A stretch of 63,825 nucleotides of DNA, the filler included, from Folioceros fuciformis (lineage: Eukaryota): assembly GCA_049999805.1 (NCBI GenBank). It is 31 parts of 31 records of this genome, joined end to end, with 100 filler letters (N's around TTAATTAATTAA, not from the genome) between each part and the next. Parts side by side here need not be neighbours in the genome. Positions count along the whole stretch, not along the records: positions 1 to 14,370 come from JBNGIO010002425.1; 30 more parts are not named here. One strand, written 5' to 3'. Made by a program: the position numbers and the translations under genes. Under the pieces are notes generated by a model. That model made no database searches. It saw only the letters and a program-made list of their open reading frames with translations, and had not been told where the DNA came from. This document shows positions 1 through 11,845 of this stretch, piece after piece. Position 1 is the first letter of the stretch. The number at the start of each line of letters is the position of its first letter.

Positions 1-685
1 GTTGCCATTCTTACGATGGGTTATAGGATGAGTAGGCAAGCATTGCTTGGAAAATTTTCACCATACATCTTGTTTGGACGTAGACCATAGTTATCTAGGA
101 TATTCGAAGACACGGTGAATACTATAGTGGATCTGGATGACCCTAATAAACGGTTGAAGATAGTTACACATACAGCGGAATTGTTCAGGAGAATTATGCC
201 TATGGCAATGGATAACTTGTTAATAGCTTAACATAGAGATGAGTTGAGGTACAAAAAAACAAGGAGTGGACATTTCAAGCCTAAGGTGAAGAAGTTTGAA
301 GTTGGAGATTATGTATATTTGCAGAGGAAGACAATGACAACAATTGATACGAGTGCGAGTAGGATAATATTAAGGGTGAGAAGTGTGAAGTTGAATGGAA
401 TTTTGGAGTTAGAGGGAAAGGATGGCACAACTTGTTTGGAACACATGAAAAAATTGTGTGCCATGCCATTTGCCTTACTTGAATTCAGCAATTGATGTGC
501 AAGTTTCCATACCAAGAAGGGGATTTGCTTGTACAAGCTGTGGAGATTCTAGAAGTGATCATTGCATATTTTTGTGCGATAAGTGTAATTATGGGTGGCA
601 TACCTTTGGTGTAGAGCCTCCATTAGAAGCAGTGCCTGATGGGCAATGGTTTTGTCCAATGTGTGTAGCAGTTGATACATTGTGA
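1..685 (+). mobile_element. Degenerate Ty3/Gypsy integrase C-terminus ending in a PHD finger
   Basis: The track shows KFEVGDYVYL and CAMPCHLP (frameshifted), then CTSC..LCDKCNYGWHTF.VEPPLEAVPDGQWFCPMC, a PHD pattern with one ligand Cys mutated to G. A polypurine tract and an LTR follow. Confidence 0.8.
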
Positions 686-779
686 GGAGCAGTGTGGTCA
701 GCATGTATGAATTTTGATGTTAAAGTTTGTTAATCTATCTTACCAACAAAAGATGGTCAGTAGATTAAGGGGGGGGAAG

Positions 780-2501
780 TGATGGTGCCACATCGAAGGA
801 GGAAGAGTAGAGGAAAGCTACTCCTTTCGTCGATCTTGTGTGTAGTAAACCACCAAAGAGTGGTAGGATGACCAGTAGCCTTGGTGTGCACGATGGGGAG
901 GAAGCCATCAAGGGGAGGCATCCATGAATTATAAGTGTGATCACTATACTCATATCGAGGGAGGAGGAGTAGAGGAAAGCTACTCCTTTCATCGATCTCG
1001 TGTGTAGTAAACCAAAGAGTGGTAGGATAACCAGTACCTTGGTGTGCACGATGGGGAGGAAGCACTCAAGGGGAGGCATTCATGTGCACTATTGCAAGAA
1101 TATACGCGTATATCATATTGGGGCTGGCCACCCCATATATACATGAATGTATGTGTGGACTCCACATCCTGAATAGGTCCTTGGAAAATGGTAGGATTTC
1201 TCGTTTTGGGAATCTCAAAGTGAACCCTGTGGTGAAATAGTTAAAAGATTAGGAAAGATTAGTAGCTAGATTAATGGTGAGGTGAGATGTGTCTTTGAAG
1301 GGTTGCTAGAATGATCTGAGAGAAGGGATGGAATGATTTGAGAGAGGAGGGAGAGGGTTGAGAGGCACTGACCATTTTGGTAGTCTTGAGAGGTTGGTCA
1401 ATTTTGGTAAGGGCACCCAGTGGTGTCCATGGGACACAACCCCTTTCAGGTCAGAACTAGGTTTGGGTCAAAGTTAGGGTTAGGTCAGAGTTAGGTTTAG
1501 GTCAGAATTAGGGCCGGCTTAGGTCAGAGAGACATTGCTGGGTGGTTGACTGAGGCTAACCCTAATAGATAGAGATGGAGGTTTGGGCCAAGGTAGTATA
1601 AGAGGCTAGACATGCCATTGAGGAGGGGGCTGTCTACAGTGCGATTTCCCTGGACCTTGGGTGCAAAACTCCTGGCTTAGGGCGTTGAGCTGGTTGAGAC
1701 TAAACCAAGGCCTTGATTTCCCTTGCCACTAGGGGAACGTGGAGGATCCTAAGACTGCCAAGATTCGTGTGGCCGGATCCGCAATGGCTGACCACCTTGC
1801 ATGCTGGCTGAGGTGAGGTTGCAGGGCCGTGAGCCAAGGAGGCTACCCAGCCCTAGGCCTCGCCTTTGCCTTGAAGGCTGCAAGAGGGAAGGCTGTTGTG
1901 TTCCAAATTGCAGGAGAGAAGGGTTGAGTTGCAGATTTTGGAAGTGGAAGTGTTGAAGTGAGGAGTTGAGCTGAAGTGAAGGACTGAAGTGCTGAAGAGA
2001 AGGACTGAAGTGCTCAAGTGAAGTGCTGAAGTGGTGGAATGACGTGTTGGAGCTGGAGTGAGGAGCTAGCTGAAGTTGAGGTTCTCGTTCAGCTGCGGAG
2101 GTAGCTAGCACCAGGTGCTGAGAGTTGGAGGCCAGACTTGGGGCTGGAGCCTCCTCTTAGCACTGAAGTGATTGATACTTGGAGCTGGAAATGAAGGCTG
2201 AAGACAATGCTGGAGTTCTCATTTTGTTGAGGCTGGGGTTGGTGTTGTGGTAGGAGCCGAAGATAGGACCGAGACTTCTGACCTATTGCTGTAGCACTCG
2301 GTATATGCTGATAGATAGGGTGAGATTAGGGAGATGTAGGTAACCTTGACATTAGTTCACTCCCTTGGGAGCGAATCATAAGACTGCAACGATAATAAGG
2401 GGAAGTGTGGCCCCTTGGTGGTTCTTGGGTGCAAGTTTCACTCCACAGTATGCTAAATATATATAATACATATGTGTTTAGAGATGCCTAGGGTTATGTT
2501 C
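780..2501 (+). mobile_element. 3' LTR of the PHD-bearing Gypsy element, interrupted by a solo LTR at 1154-2447
   Basis: A polypurine tract (aag-G run-aag, ~767-779) immediately precedes TG at 780. An internal ~160-bp duplication lies at ~790-925 and ~951-1084. The right end (...gttatgttca, ~2501) is tentative. Confidence 0.6.
1154..2447. mobile_element. Solo LTR (1294 bp) with target-site duplication
   Basis: Termini are TGTGGA...TCCACA, flanked by the direct repeat GTATG at 1149-1153 and 2448-2452. The same terminus recurs inverted at 46625. Confidence 0.85.
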
Positions 2502-4430
2502 AGATGTTGAAGGGCAAGACTTCTTGAAGCACGACAAATCCCATGGTGTTCCCTCACCACTCTCTGTATACATGCACACGCTTCCATGATCCTGACTTTG
2601 CAAATAAGCAAGGCTAGGAGATACTATGTTTAGCAACAATACATCATTGTTTGCAATGCACAAAGCCTTTTGAAAGGCGCTCTTTACTATTTGCTCCTGC
2701 TTTGAGTTCTTAAGCATGCCATCTCCTTTACATTATGCCACATACCAAAAATGTCTGTTCACTTCCTCAAACAAATTGTGTGGAAGCCAGTCTAAACGCC
2801 GACTACGTAGGGTTTTTTTGGATAGCAAGCATATGTACTTCAAATGCTTGTGGTATGCCTCCATATATGAGTTGCAAACTTGTCTTGCATGTGGCACTGT
2901 ACGCATAGCTTTAATCCACTAATGCATGTTACAACCCCACTGGTCCCTAAAGTACTTGACAAAGCTAGGAGCGTGCTCACAAAAGGTGTCATAGAAGTGT
3001 ACCAATTTTTCTTTGCAGGCTTGCTTCACATCGACACTTTCATCAAAGTCCATATGCACAATGTCACCTAAGCACTTCATAATGGCATGTCTTATGTGGG
3101 GTTCCTTTACCTTTTTCAGCAGCTACTATAACCAAGCTCTCCTAACATGACACAAGCATAAAAAGATTTGCACAAATGTTCCAAACACAACTTGGATGAC
3201 ATTGATTTCTACTGTACAATCATCTACAAGAAAAGTAGTGGGCTGCCATGTAGACTGATGTTGTACCATCTTCTTATGCAAGCAATGCAACCATTGTGAA
3301 ATAGCATATGATGTGGCCTTACTTGTGACAACCTAAGCCATAGGAATGCCATTGAAGTGGTCATCAAATACCAAAACTGTGAAGAGCTGGAACTTCCATT
3401 TGTTGGTGCTAAATGTAGCATCCATTGCAATGATCGAGTTGTGATCCCAACGGAGTATTGTCTGCATTTGAAAATCACTATGGATGCCTAGCATGAAGTC
3501 TGTGGCATGGTATCTGTTCTTGGTAGTGGATATCTTCAGATCTATGGATATCCATTCATAACTTAACACTCACCATCCATCCATAACTTAACACTCACCT
3601 CATCTCGTGCATGGAAACGCCACACCATGGCATCAAGTTCAGCTTGTAAATTCCTAATGTCATTAGGAAGGAGAAAATCATCCTCTGAAGCACTGCTTGT
3701 GGATCACCTTGCTTTCGTAAGAAAAAATCAGACTCATGATCTTTCATGATCTGAAAGGCTGATGTCTTGCGCAACAACTTGTACTCCACCCATTCCTTTT
3801 TGGCCACAAATAAGTAAGGAGCCAGAGTGCAATTTGGACTTGAGTTGATGGTAAGCGCTCCATCACAATACTGCCCAAATTGCACTTGAGTTGATGGTAA
3901 GCGCTGCATGAAAATACTGCCCTGTGGAATCGATGTGGTGTGTTTCGTGTAATCGTAATTCAGCTACATTAGGGAACATTTCAAGTTGGCTAACAAACAC
4001 CAAAATTGGCATCCATGCTTCTTACTCTCCCCATATGTCACCTTAGAGCATCTACTGCCAGCATTTGTCTTTGGTTTGTTAGTGAGATTAGCAAAAATGT
4101 CTAATTCCATGAAACTAGATTTTAGGGAACCAAAAGCACAATTGAATTTCATGTAATGGCAAGGAGTGGTTGGAGAGATTGCATTTTGCGTGATGCTTGA
4201 TTGTGTCCACACGCTCACCTTATCAACTTCGTTGGAAAGAATTTTGATGCCTCCTCCCTAGCAATGAAATCTGCATCTCTTCCCTATGGAATGTAACAAG
4301 TTTTGACGGGACTAACTTTCTTCCTAACTGTGTGCGCAACATCTTGCCATTCCAGGGTTTCCTTTGAGAAAGGTCATGGGCAAGGAGTCGGAATAGTGAA
4401 AAGGCACGTTTGTGGCTTAACGAGAACATC
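2502..4430 (-). pseudogene. Decayed MULE (Mutator-like) transposase
   Basis: Minus-strand fragments read IAMDATFSTNKWKFQLFTVLVFDDHFNGIPMA, FLCLCHVRRAW (~3133-3168) and EAYHKHLKY. There are many stops and frameshifts, and the boundaries are approximate. Confidence 0.7.
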
Positions 4431-4444
4431 TTCTAGATCCAACT

Positions 4445-4600
4445 TCCATCATGATCTTTGGAATCTAGAGACAACCAGATTGTTCAAGTTCACTCAATCG
4501 AAGCACTCAATTGTGCACGCCGTCCATCATGATCTTTGGAATCTAGAGACAACCCGATTGTTCAAGTTGACTCAATCGAAGCACTCAATTGTGCACGCCG
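4445..4600. repeat. 78-bp tandem duplication
   Basis: tccatcatgatctttggaatctagagac...gtgcacgccg occurs twice (4445-4522 and 4523-4600). Confidence 0.9.
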
Positions 4601-5352
4601 CTTGGGTGTGCACGTTGCTTCAGACGCAGTTCGGAATAGCAACATGCGCGGGTTGTCTTGCATTTGTGGCTTAAAACATTTGAAAGGTAGTTGCGGTGTC
4701 TCCTCTTCAAATTTCCGCGCCGTAGATGTATACAGCTAGAATACAAACAGTTACGGTTACGCTGCAGTGAGATTACAATGATCCGGAACGGCATGCATTA
4801 CGGCCAGGCACTCTGTTATTAGAGCTCAGATTATGAACACGGTGACTTTGCGCTTAGCATGATCCAAACAAAAGACATGACCCTGTCGACATGGCGCTTC
4901 GTGTTTCGTGCCTTCAATTACTTTGTAGTGACGAATAGCGCCTGGCGTGGCTACACATGGATCTTATCCATTGGAGGGAAAGTAGGCAATGCCATTTCCC
5001 CTTCAGCTCTGTTTCTTGGCTCAGTAATTGCAATTCCTTTGACGGGCTAAAGAAGATGCGAGCAGCGTCGAGCCTACGCCTGTTCAGTTCCTGCGTCATT
5101 CCTCATACTTCACATTTGGCATCGCGCCTTTCCCAGGGATGTCCGTGTGTGGCGGGCGATTGTGAATAGTTTGCTCACGTAGAATGCGCAAACCGAACGT
5201 TGGTGCTGCCTGCGCATTCTGCATCGAGTCTGGAAGTTTCTGAGTGGCTGGTGGGGCCTTGAGTATCGGCTCGGCTCGTACTCTTCCGTCCCGGGCGTCC
5301 TCTCTGTGTTTGTCCAGACAACAATACGTGTGGTGGGGGAGCTCAGTACGCT

Positions 5353-8300
5353 ATGAGAACCGGCAAGCTCTCCAGTCTATCGCTGCGCTCTTGCTGCTCA
5401 CACCCGCTGCCGTCTGCGGCGGGCCGTGCGTGGTTGCGGACTGGGAAGGTGCTCGACCATCTATCCTTGCCTCTTCGCCAAGGGTATTCGTTCCTTTCTT
5501 CCCGGTACGGGCAAGTAAGCAGGCCCAGCCTCGATCTCGTGCGGGCCACGTCCATGATGCACTCCAGGTCTCTGGTGCGCGCTCCCATCCCTGCCTTGGC
5601 TCGAGCTGAGGGTGCTGATGGGGCAGGATTGGCGTCGTCCAATGCCGCCTCCGCAGCGGATGATGGTGCGTCTGTCATCTCTCTTGTGCCTTTCTTTAAT
5701 TCAGCAGCGTTGCCGTGACTGTGAGTGGGGATCGAAGATTGACAGATGGAATTGGTTTATATGGTGCGTCTGCTGGATGGATGGGAGTCACATTCTTGCT
5801 TGAAGTGAGGAGTGGAGGTGGGAGTTCTGTGTGTGGGTGGGACGCTTTGCAGAGCTGATGTTTTGCAGTTGTGGGGTTCATCCAGTTAATGTTGATGATT
5901 CCTTTGTGGTGTGGCGTGTGACAGACATTGGGTATCGTCTTCCACCATCGCAGATACGAGACATAGTTGATGCACCACCTATGCCTGCTTTGTCGTTTTC
6001 GCCTGATAAGGATGAGATCATGTTCTTGGGCCGGAGGTCCTTGCCACCTCTGGCGGAGATTTCGAAGCCTGAACTCAAGCTTGCGGGCCTCCGCATTGAC
6101 CCGGAGTCCAATGCCCGTAGTAGGATGTAAGTTGACGGCACCATGCACATTATGTTACCTGAGGATGAACTAGCATGGTTCCTGATGTGCAGGGATTTCC
6201 AGCGGACCGGTTTTGTGCTATCCGTAGCTGGCCAACCTTGAGTCTGACTGGTGGTGAGTTTTACGTCCAGGTCATTTTACTCGGGGATTAAAATTCAAAA
6301 GCTGCTGGATGACGGATCCTTGGGGCCGGAGAGGGTGGTTGTTGGATACCCCCCAGATGGCAAAATAAACCATGTAACCTGGTAGCGTACTTTGTGTGCA
6401 CCTTATCCCTTGCACTTGCATCTGTCACCTCCATTGCCAGCTCAGCAGTGATAATGGGCATACTCTGCTGACAAGGATCTGATTCTTGGATGTTGTGTTT
6501 GTGGTTGCTGACCAGGTCTCCAGATGGACTTCATTTTGCGTTCACAATTCGAGGAACTTCTCAGGTGCTCATCCATCTGACCTTCAGAAGCACACTTGGT
6601 TTGCACAGTCCACATTCTAGTTAGATGTAATAGTGTGCCTTCTGTCTTAAGAACGGGCAGCTACGATGTCTTGGGTCGCTGCAGGGGGATGTCTATGAAC
6701 CCCGGTTGGGTTTATGGGTTGCAGACGTAAAAACAGGCCAGGCGAGGGAGCTTGTTGGACCGCAGACACATGCCCTCAACACTATTTTTGAATCGTGAGT
6801 TCTTTGAGGCTGGCCTTGCCTGCTTCACTTCAGCATGGAATCGGTTTGTGCTAGCCTAGGCCATAGTTATTGACTCGCCAAAGACTAGTGAGAAGTTGCT
6901 TGGTTTTCTGGTTACAGATACTGATGCAATCTTGGGACTTTGCGCGACAGTTATTCATGGGTGGATGACGCAACTTTGGTTGCATGCACAATACCCCAAG
7001 GCCGTGGCTCAGCTCCAACGAGGCCCTTGACCCCATCAGCCCCAAAGCTGCAGTCAAATGAACAGGGAAATGTCGCTCAGAATCGAACATATCAAGACCT
7101 ATTAAAGGACAAGTTTGATGAAGATTTGTTCGACTACTACGTAACAAGTCAGCTACTGCTTATCTCTTTAGATGGATCTGTGAAGCCAATTGGAGCCCCT
7201 GCTGCATATGTTGATGTGGGTGCGTCAAATGACGGAAAGTACTTGCTCGTCAGCACAATACACAGGCCATATTCCTTTGTCGTTCCTTGTGGTCGTTTCC
7301 CCAAGACAGTGTATCTATGGAAAGCCAATGGAGATTTTGTCAGAGAGATCTGCGATCTGCCACTTGCTGATGACATCCCAATATCTTTTGATAGTGTTCG
7401 GAAAGGCCCTAGGTCCTTTCGATGGCGAGCTGATAAGCCATCAACCTTGACATGGTAAGGGATCTGGTTATCTGATTGTAGGTGCGATTGGCGCAGGAGG
7501 TCTGCTGTACATGCGCCCAAACCAAATCTCAACGCCTGAAAAAAGCGTTGTGGACGGTCATGCAGGGTTGAAACACAAGATGGCGGTGATGCTAAAGTAG
7601 AGGTGTCACCTCGGGACATCGTGTACATGGTGGACGCAGACGGTGGAAATCCAGTGATTCTACAGAAGCTTGATTGGCGCTATGGGTATGGTCTCATCAA
7701 TTTGATTTTGATAACCAGCATAATTTTGTTCTAATGTTGGGAGAAGCTGCTGCTAGGTGCCTGACAAGAACAAGGCCGTGGAAGGTGGGCGGCTTGTTCC
7801 TGCCGCCTATTTCAATGTGGTATGGTTGGTGTGCAGAGGTATCACGTGGGGTGATGAATCTCTTGCCCTCGTCTCAGAGTCATGGCACAAAACACGAAGA
7901 CTTCGCACTTGGGTTATCAGCCCGGGAGACCCGGAGAAAGAGCCCCGGCTATTGGTTGACAGGTCTTCTGAGGATGTGTACTCGGACCCTGGGTCTCCCA
8001 TGCAAAGGAGGACAGTCTTTGGAAGTTACGTGATAGCTAAGTTCAAGGATGCAGACGGCCGCATTTGGTTGTTGCTGGATGGTCAAGGAGCTAGCCCAGA
8101 GGGAAATGTGCCCTTTCTCGACCTCTTTGACATGTAAGGCGTGCGGTTGATGCATAGATGGTGCCAGTATGTTCATGTTTCTGTCTGTATCTTGAGCAAT
8201 GTTATTGAGCCAACTGTTGGTGTCACAGAGAGACAGGTGAAAAGAAGCGCATATGGAATAGTGACAAGGAGAAGTATTATGAAAATGTTGCGGGCCTGTT

Positions 8301-9897
8301 GTCAGACCCAGTCAATGAGGATCTGTACGTGGATAAACTGAAGGTTGTGCTGTCCAGGGAGTCTCAATCAGAACCTCCTCAATACTATCTGAAACAGTGG
8401 CCAGAACAATCTCTGAGACAGATCACAGATTTTCCTCACCCCTACCCTCAACTGAAAGACATCAAGAAGCAGGTGATACGGTACAAAAGGAAGGACGGTG
8501 TGGAACTTCAAGCCAATCTTTACCTACCTCCTGGTTATGATCCTGTGAAAGACGGTCCTTTGCCAACGCTGCTTTGGGCTTACCCGAGGGAGTTCAAAAG
8601 TAAGGATAATGCTGGACAGATGCGGGGTTCCCCTAATGCGTTTGCTGGAATTGGATCAACTTCACCACTTTTGTGGTTGGCCAGACGGTGAGGGGCTGCA
8701 GTGTGGTGAAAATTTGTTCTTCACACACTCGGCATTCACTTCTGTTGACTATGTCTGTGCTCCCGTGCTTTGCAGTTTTGTTATTCTGGATGGGCCAACC
8801 ATGCCTATCATCGGGGAAGGCGACAACGAAGCTAATGACAAGTGGGTGTCAGCTGGTCCACCCATTTGTTCGTTATGTTTTCGAAGTGAACTGTATAGCA
8901 TTTACTTTTTAACAAGCTCTATGGCTCTGGAAAACTTATTCATTGCCCTGACCCATGCGGGAAAACTTGGAACAGTTACGTGGAGCAGCTGGTGCTTAGT
9001 GCTGAGGCCGCGGTCGATGAGGTCGTACGCCGAGGGGTAAGCCTTGGTGATCTCCTGAGTGTGAGTGCTTGCCGGGTTCTTCATGACTAATTGTGACTTC
9101 CATGCAGGTCTCCCATCCGAAGAGAATTGCTGTCGGTGGTCATTCTTATGGCGCGTTCATGACAGCGAATCTTCTTGCACACGCTCCCCACCTCTTCAGC
9201 TGTGGTATAGCTCGATCGGGTGCTTACAACAGAACACTGACGCCATTCGGGTTCCAGGTATTTTCCGCACTCGGTTTTCATGCAAAAGCTTCATCAATGT
9301 TGGGCAGGTCCACTGCATCAGAGCACTGAACGGCAATGCCCTCGTGCAGGCCGAGGAGAGGAGTTTGTGGGAAGCGACCAAGACGTACGTTGAGATGAGT
9401 CCATTCATGCTGGCTGACAAAATTAAGAAGCCCATTCTTTTGATTCATGGAGATGAAGACAACAACTCCGGCACTCTCACCATGCAGGTAGGTGATGTAG
9501 ATTTTCCGACGGGAGTGCCAGCTACAGCAAGTGCCACGTCCGAGATTGTATCTGACACCGATGTGTGCTGCAGTCGGAGCGATTCTTCAGTGCTTTGAAG
9601 GGGCATGGAGCAGTGTGCAGACTGGTGTTGCTGCCTCTTGAGAGTCACTCTTACGCTGCAAGAGAGAGTGTGATGCACTGCCTCTGGGAGATGGACAGAT
9701 GGCTGGAGAAGTACTGCGAGCATGTCGCGATTAATGATTCCAAGTCGACATCGGGTACACTCTCGCCGGCGTCTACGGTCAGCGCGGTTAGTACTACTAC
9801 AAGCTCGGATCTGGTGGCCTTAGCTGGGGAGAGGGAGAGGGAAAGGGAGTCGAACTTTCCGAGGTCTGAGAAGGGAATGTTGTTGTCCTCTCTGTGA
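5353..9897 (+). CDS. GEP: Chloroplast glutamyl endopeptidase (S9 prolyl-oligopeptidase family), 14 exons
   Basis: Approximate exons are 5353-5665, 5925-6126, 6271-6381, 6516-6564, 6685-6794, 6951-7454, 7566-7685, 7837-8133, 8230-8687, 8776-8841, 8975-9036, 9108-9257, 9350-9487 and 9574-9897, with GT-AG introns. The N-terminus resembles a transit peptide, followed by GYRLPPSQIRDIVDAPP. Catalytic motifs are GGHSYG, DNNSGT and ESH. Confidence 0.92.
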
Positions 9898-10441
9898 CAT
9901 GAATACTAGGATAGTAGGATGCTGACAACCTTTAACACAATTCTGAAACCATCCTCCTCGTGCTACACTTTCATGATTCCCATCCGAGCGCTTTGCGCAA
10001 CTCGTGCTGACATGAACAGCGCTTAGGAAACGCCAGATCCCACAAGGCGCACGGGCGTCATGACTGAGATACGAACCTTTCGTGTGAAATTCTATCTTTT
10101 GCACAAAAATCGAACACGAGGTGTTCAGTGGTTGAGTCGCGATCCTCCTGGCACGTGTCCCGTGTCTTGCCTGCAAAGAGATTTCCCAGACGACACATTG
10201 CTGGCATAGATGGTGCTTCTGATGAATGTTCAGACTGACGCTCGCTGCCTCAGGTTCTCGGGGCTTGTAGTCACATTATCGCGAACTGGCAGTGGCAGAC
10301 GAAGAGCCCAGCCAAACTCCAAACGCTTGAACAAACTCCACACACAGGCAGCATTGGGATCGTGTTGGCTGTCGCCAGTTTGTTACTGCTATACAGCTTG
10401 AGCGTGAAACAGAAGGCGGTTGTCACAAGTGCGCACAAGTC

Positions 10442-11845
10442 ATGATGGATGTGGTGAGACGCATTCCATACGCTGCAGCAATCTTACCCTTTGTGCTGTG
10501 CTTGTTGCAGCTCGGAGCAACACGAGGATCTGCACCCTCATTCTCCACCCCGGCGGGGACAGGGGTCGGGCTTCGGGTGGAACTCATCCACCGGGACTCC
10601 CTCTTCCAGACTCCAGCCGGGGCGACATCGACAGCATCGTGGCGAGCGCGAGGCGCGCGGAGCAGAGCGCGGGCCGAGCGGATATCCTCCTCCACCAACC
10701 CGGCATCGGTGGACGGGTTTCCGCCATCCGGCGGGTACACGTCCCCGGTGAGCGCAGCCGACGGGGACTACCTGGCCACCATCCTGCTGGGCACGCCGGC
10801 GCAGAGATTCTTGGTCATCGTCGACACAGGCAGCGACCTCACATGGCTGCAATCCGAGCCCTGCAAGATATGCTACCCGCAGGACGGGCCGCGCTTCAAC
10901 CGGACCGCCTCCTCCACGTTCCGCACGCTGGACTGCGCGTCCCCGTTCTGCGTGGCCCTGCCGCTTATCCGATGCCAGGCCGACGCCTCCTGCGAGTACG
11001 CCTACCAGTACGGCGACGGTTCCTTCACCGTGGGCAACTTCTCATCCGATAGCATCACTCTCACCAGCGTCTCCGGGAGCGAGCAGTCCTTCCCGGCCTT
11101 CAGATTCGGATGCGCCTTCCGCAACGAAGGCCGATTCTTGGGCGGCGGGGGAGTGCTGGGCTTGGGGCGTGGCTCCTTCTCCTTCATCTCGCAGCTGGGT
11201 AGTGAGTTGGGGCAGTCGAGGTTCTCCTACTGCCTGCTCCCGCTCTCGGACTCCTTCAGTGGGAAGACATCTCCCCTGTTGCTGGGCGACGCCGTGCCGT
11301 CGCTGCCCCTATCCTCCTCCACTCCGCTGCTCGCCAACCCGATCCGCCCGTCGTATTACTTCGTGCCGCTGTCGTGCATCCTGGTGGACGGGGTGGTGGT
11401 TCCCATCCCCCCCGGGAGTCTCGACATGGACGCGTCCACAGGGGAGGGGGGCACCATCGTTGACTCCGGCACCACATTCTCCGCCCTGGTGGAGCCCGCG
11501 TTCAAGGCCGTCATGGCCGCTGTGCAATCCGGGTCCCGGTACCCCACCATCCCGGACCCGACCCCCCTGGGCCTCGAGCTGTGCTTCTCCCTGGACCCGC
11601 GGCTGCAGGCGCAGGATGTGGTGCTCCCGGAGATCACCCTCGTCTTTCAGGTCGCCCGAATGGTCCTCCCCGTCGGTAACGCCTACGTGCTGGTGCAGCA
11701 GGGCGTGGTGTGCTGGGCGTTTGTCTCCGTCCCCTCCACCTTCTTTTCCATCATCGGCAATGTGCAGCAGCAGAACTTCCAGGTCGTGCACGATCTGGAA
11801 TCCAATCAGATGGCGTTCGTGCCTGCCGATTGTGCAACCCTGTGA
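10442..11845 (+). CDS. Secreted nepenthesin-like (A1 family) aspartic protease, intronless
   Basis: 467-aa ORF with a signal-peptide-like N-terminus, ELIHRDS, catalytic DTGS and DSGT motifs, FSYCL and IIGNVQQQNF. Confidence 0.93.
   Translation: MMDVVRRIPYAAAILPFVLCLLQLGATRGSAPSFSTPAGTGVGLRVELIHRDSLFQTPAGATSTASWRARGARSRARAERISSSTNPASVDGFPPSGGYTSPVSAADGDYLATILLGTPAQRFLVIVDTGSDLTWLQSEPCKICYPQDGPRFNRTASSTFRTLDCASPFCVALPLIRCQADASCEYAYQYGDGSFTVGNFSSDSITLTSVSGSEQSFPAFRFGCAFRNEGRFLGGGGVLGLGRGSFSFISQLGSELGQSRFSYCLLPLSDSFSGKTSPLLLGDAVPSLPLSSSTPLLANPIRPSYYFVPLSCILVDGVVVPIPPGSLDMDASTGEGGTIVDSGTTFSALVEPAFKAVMAAVQSGSRYPTIPDPTPLGLELCFSLDPRLQAQDVVLPEITLVFQVARMVLPVGNAYVLVQQGVVCWAFVSVPSTFFSIIGNVQQQNFQVVHDLESNQMAFVPADCATL

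Noticed and set aside
1749-2111. 120-aa ORF with LQHFSPS repeats
   Set aside because: It is a translation of 21-bp tandem repeats inside a solo LTR.
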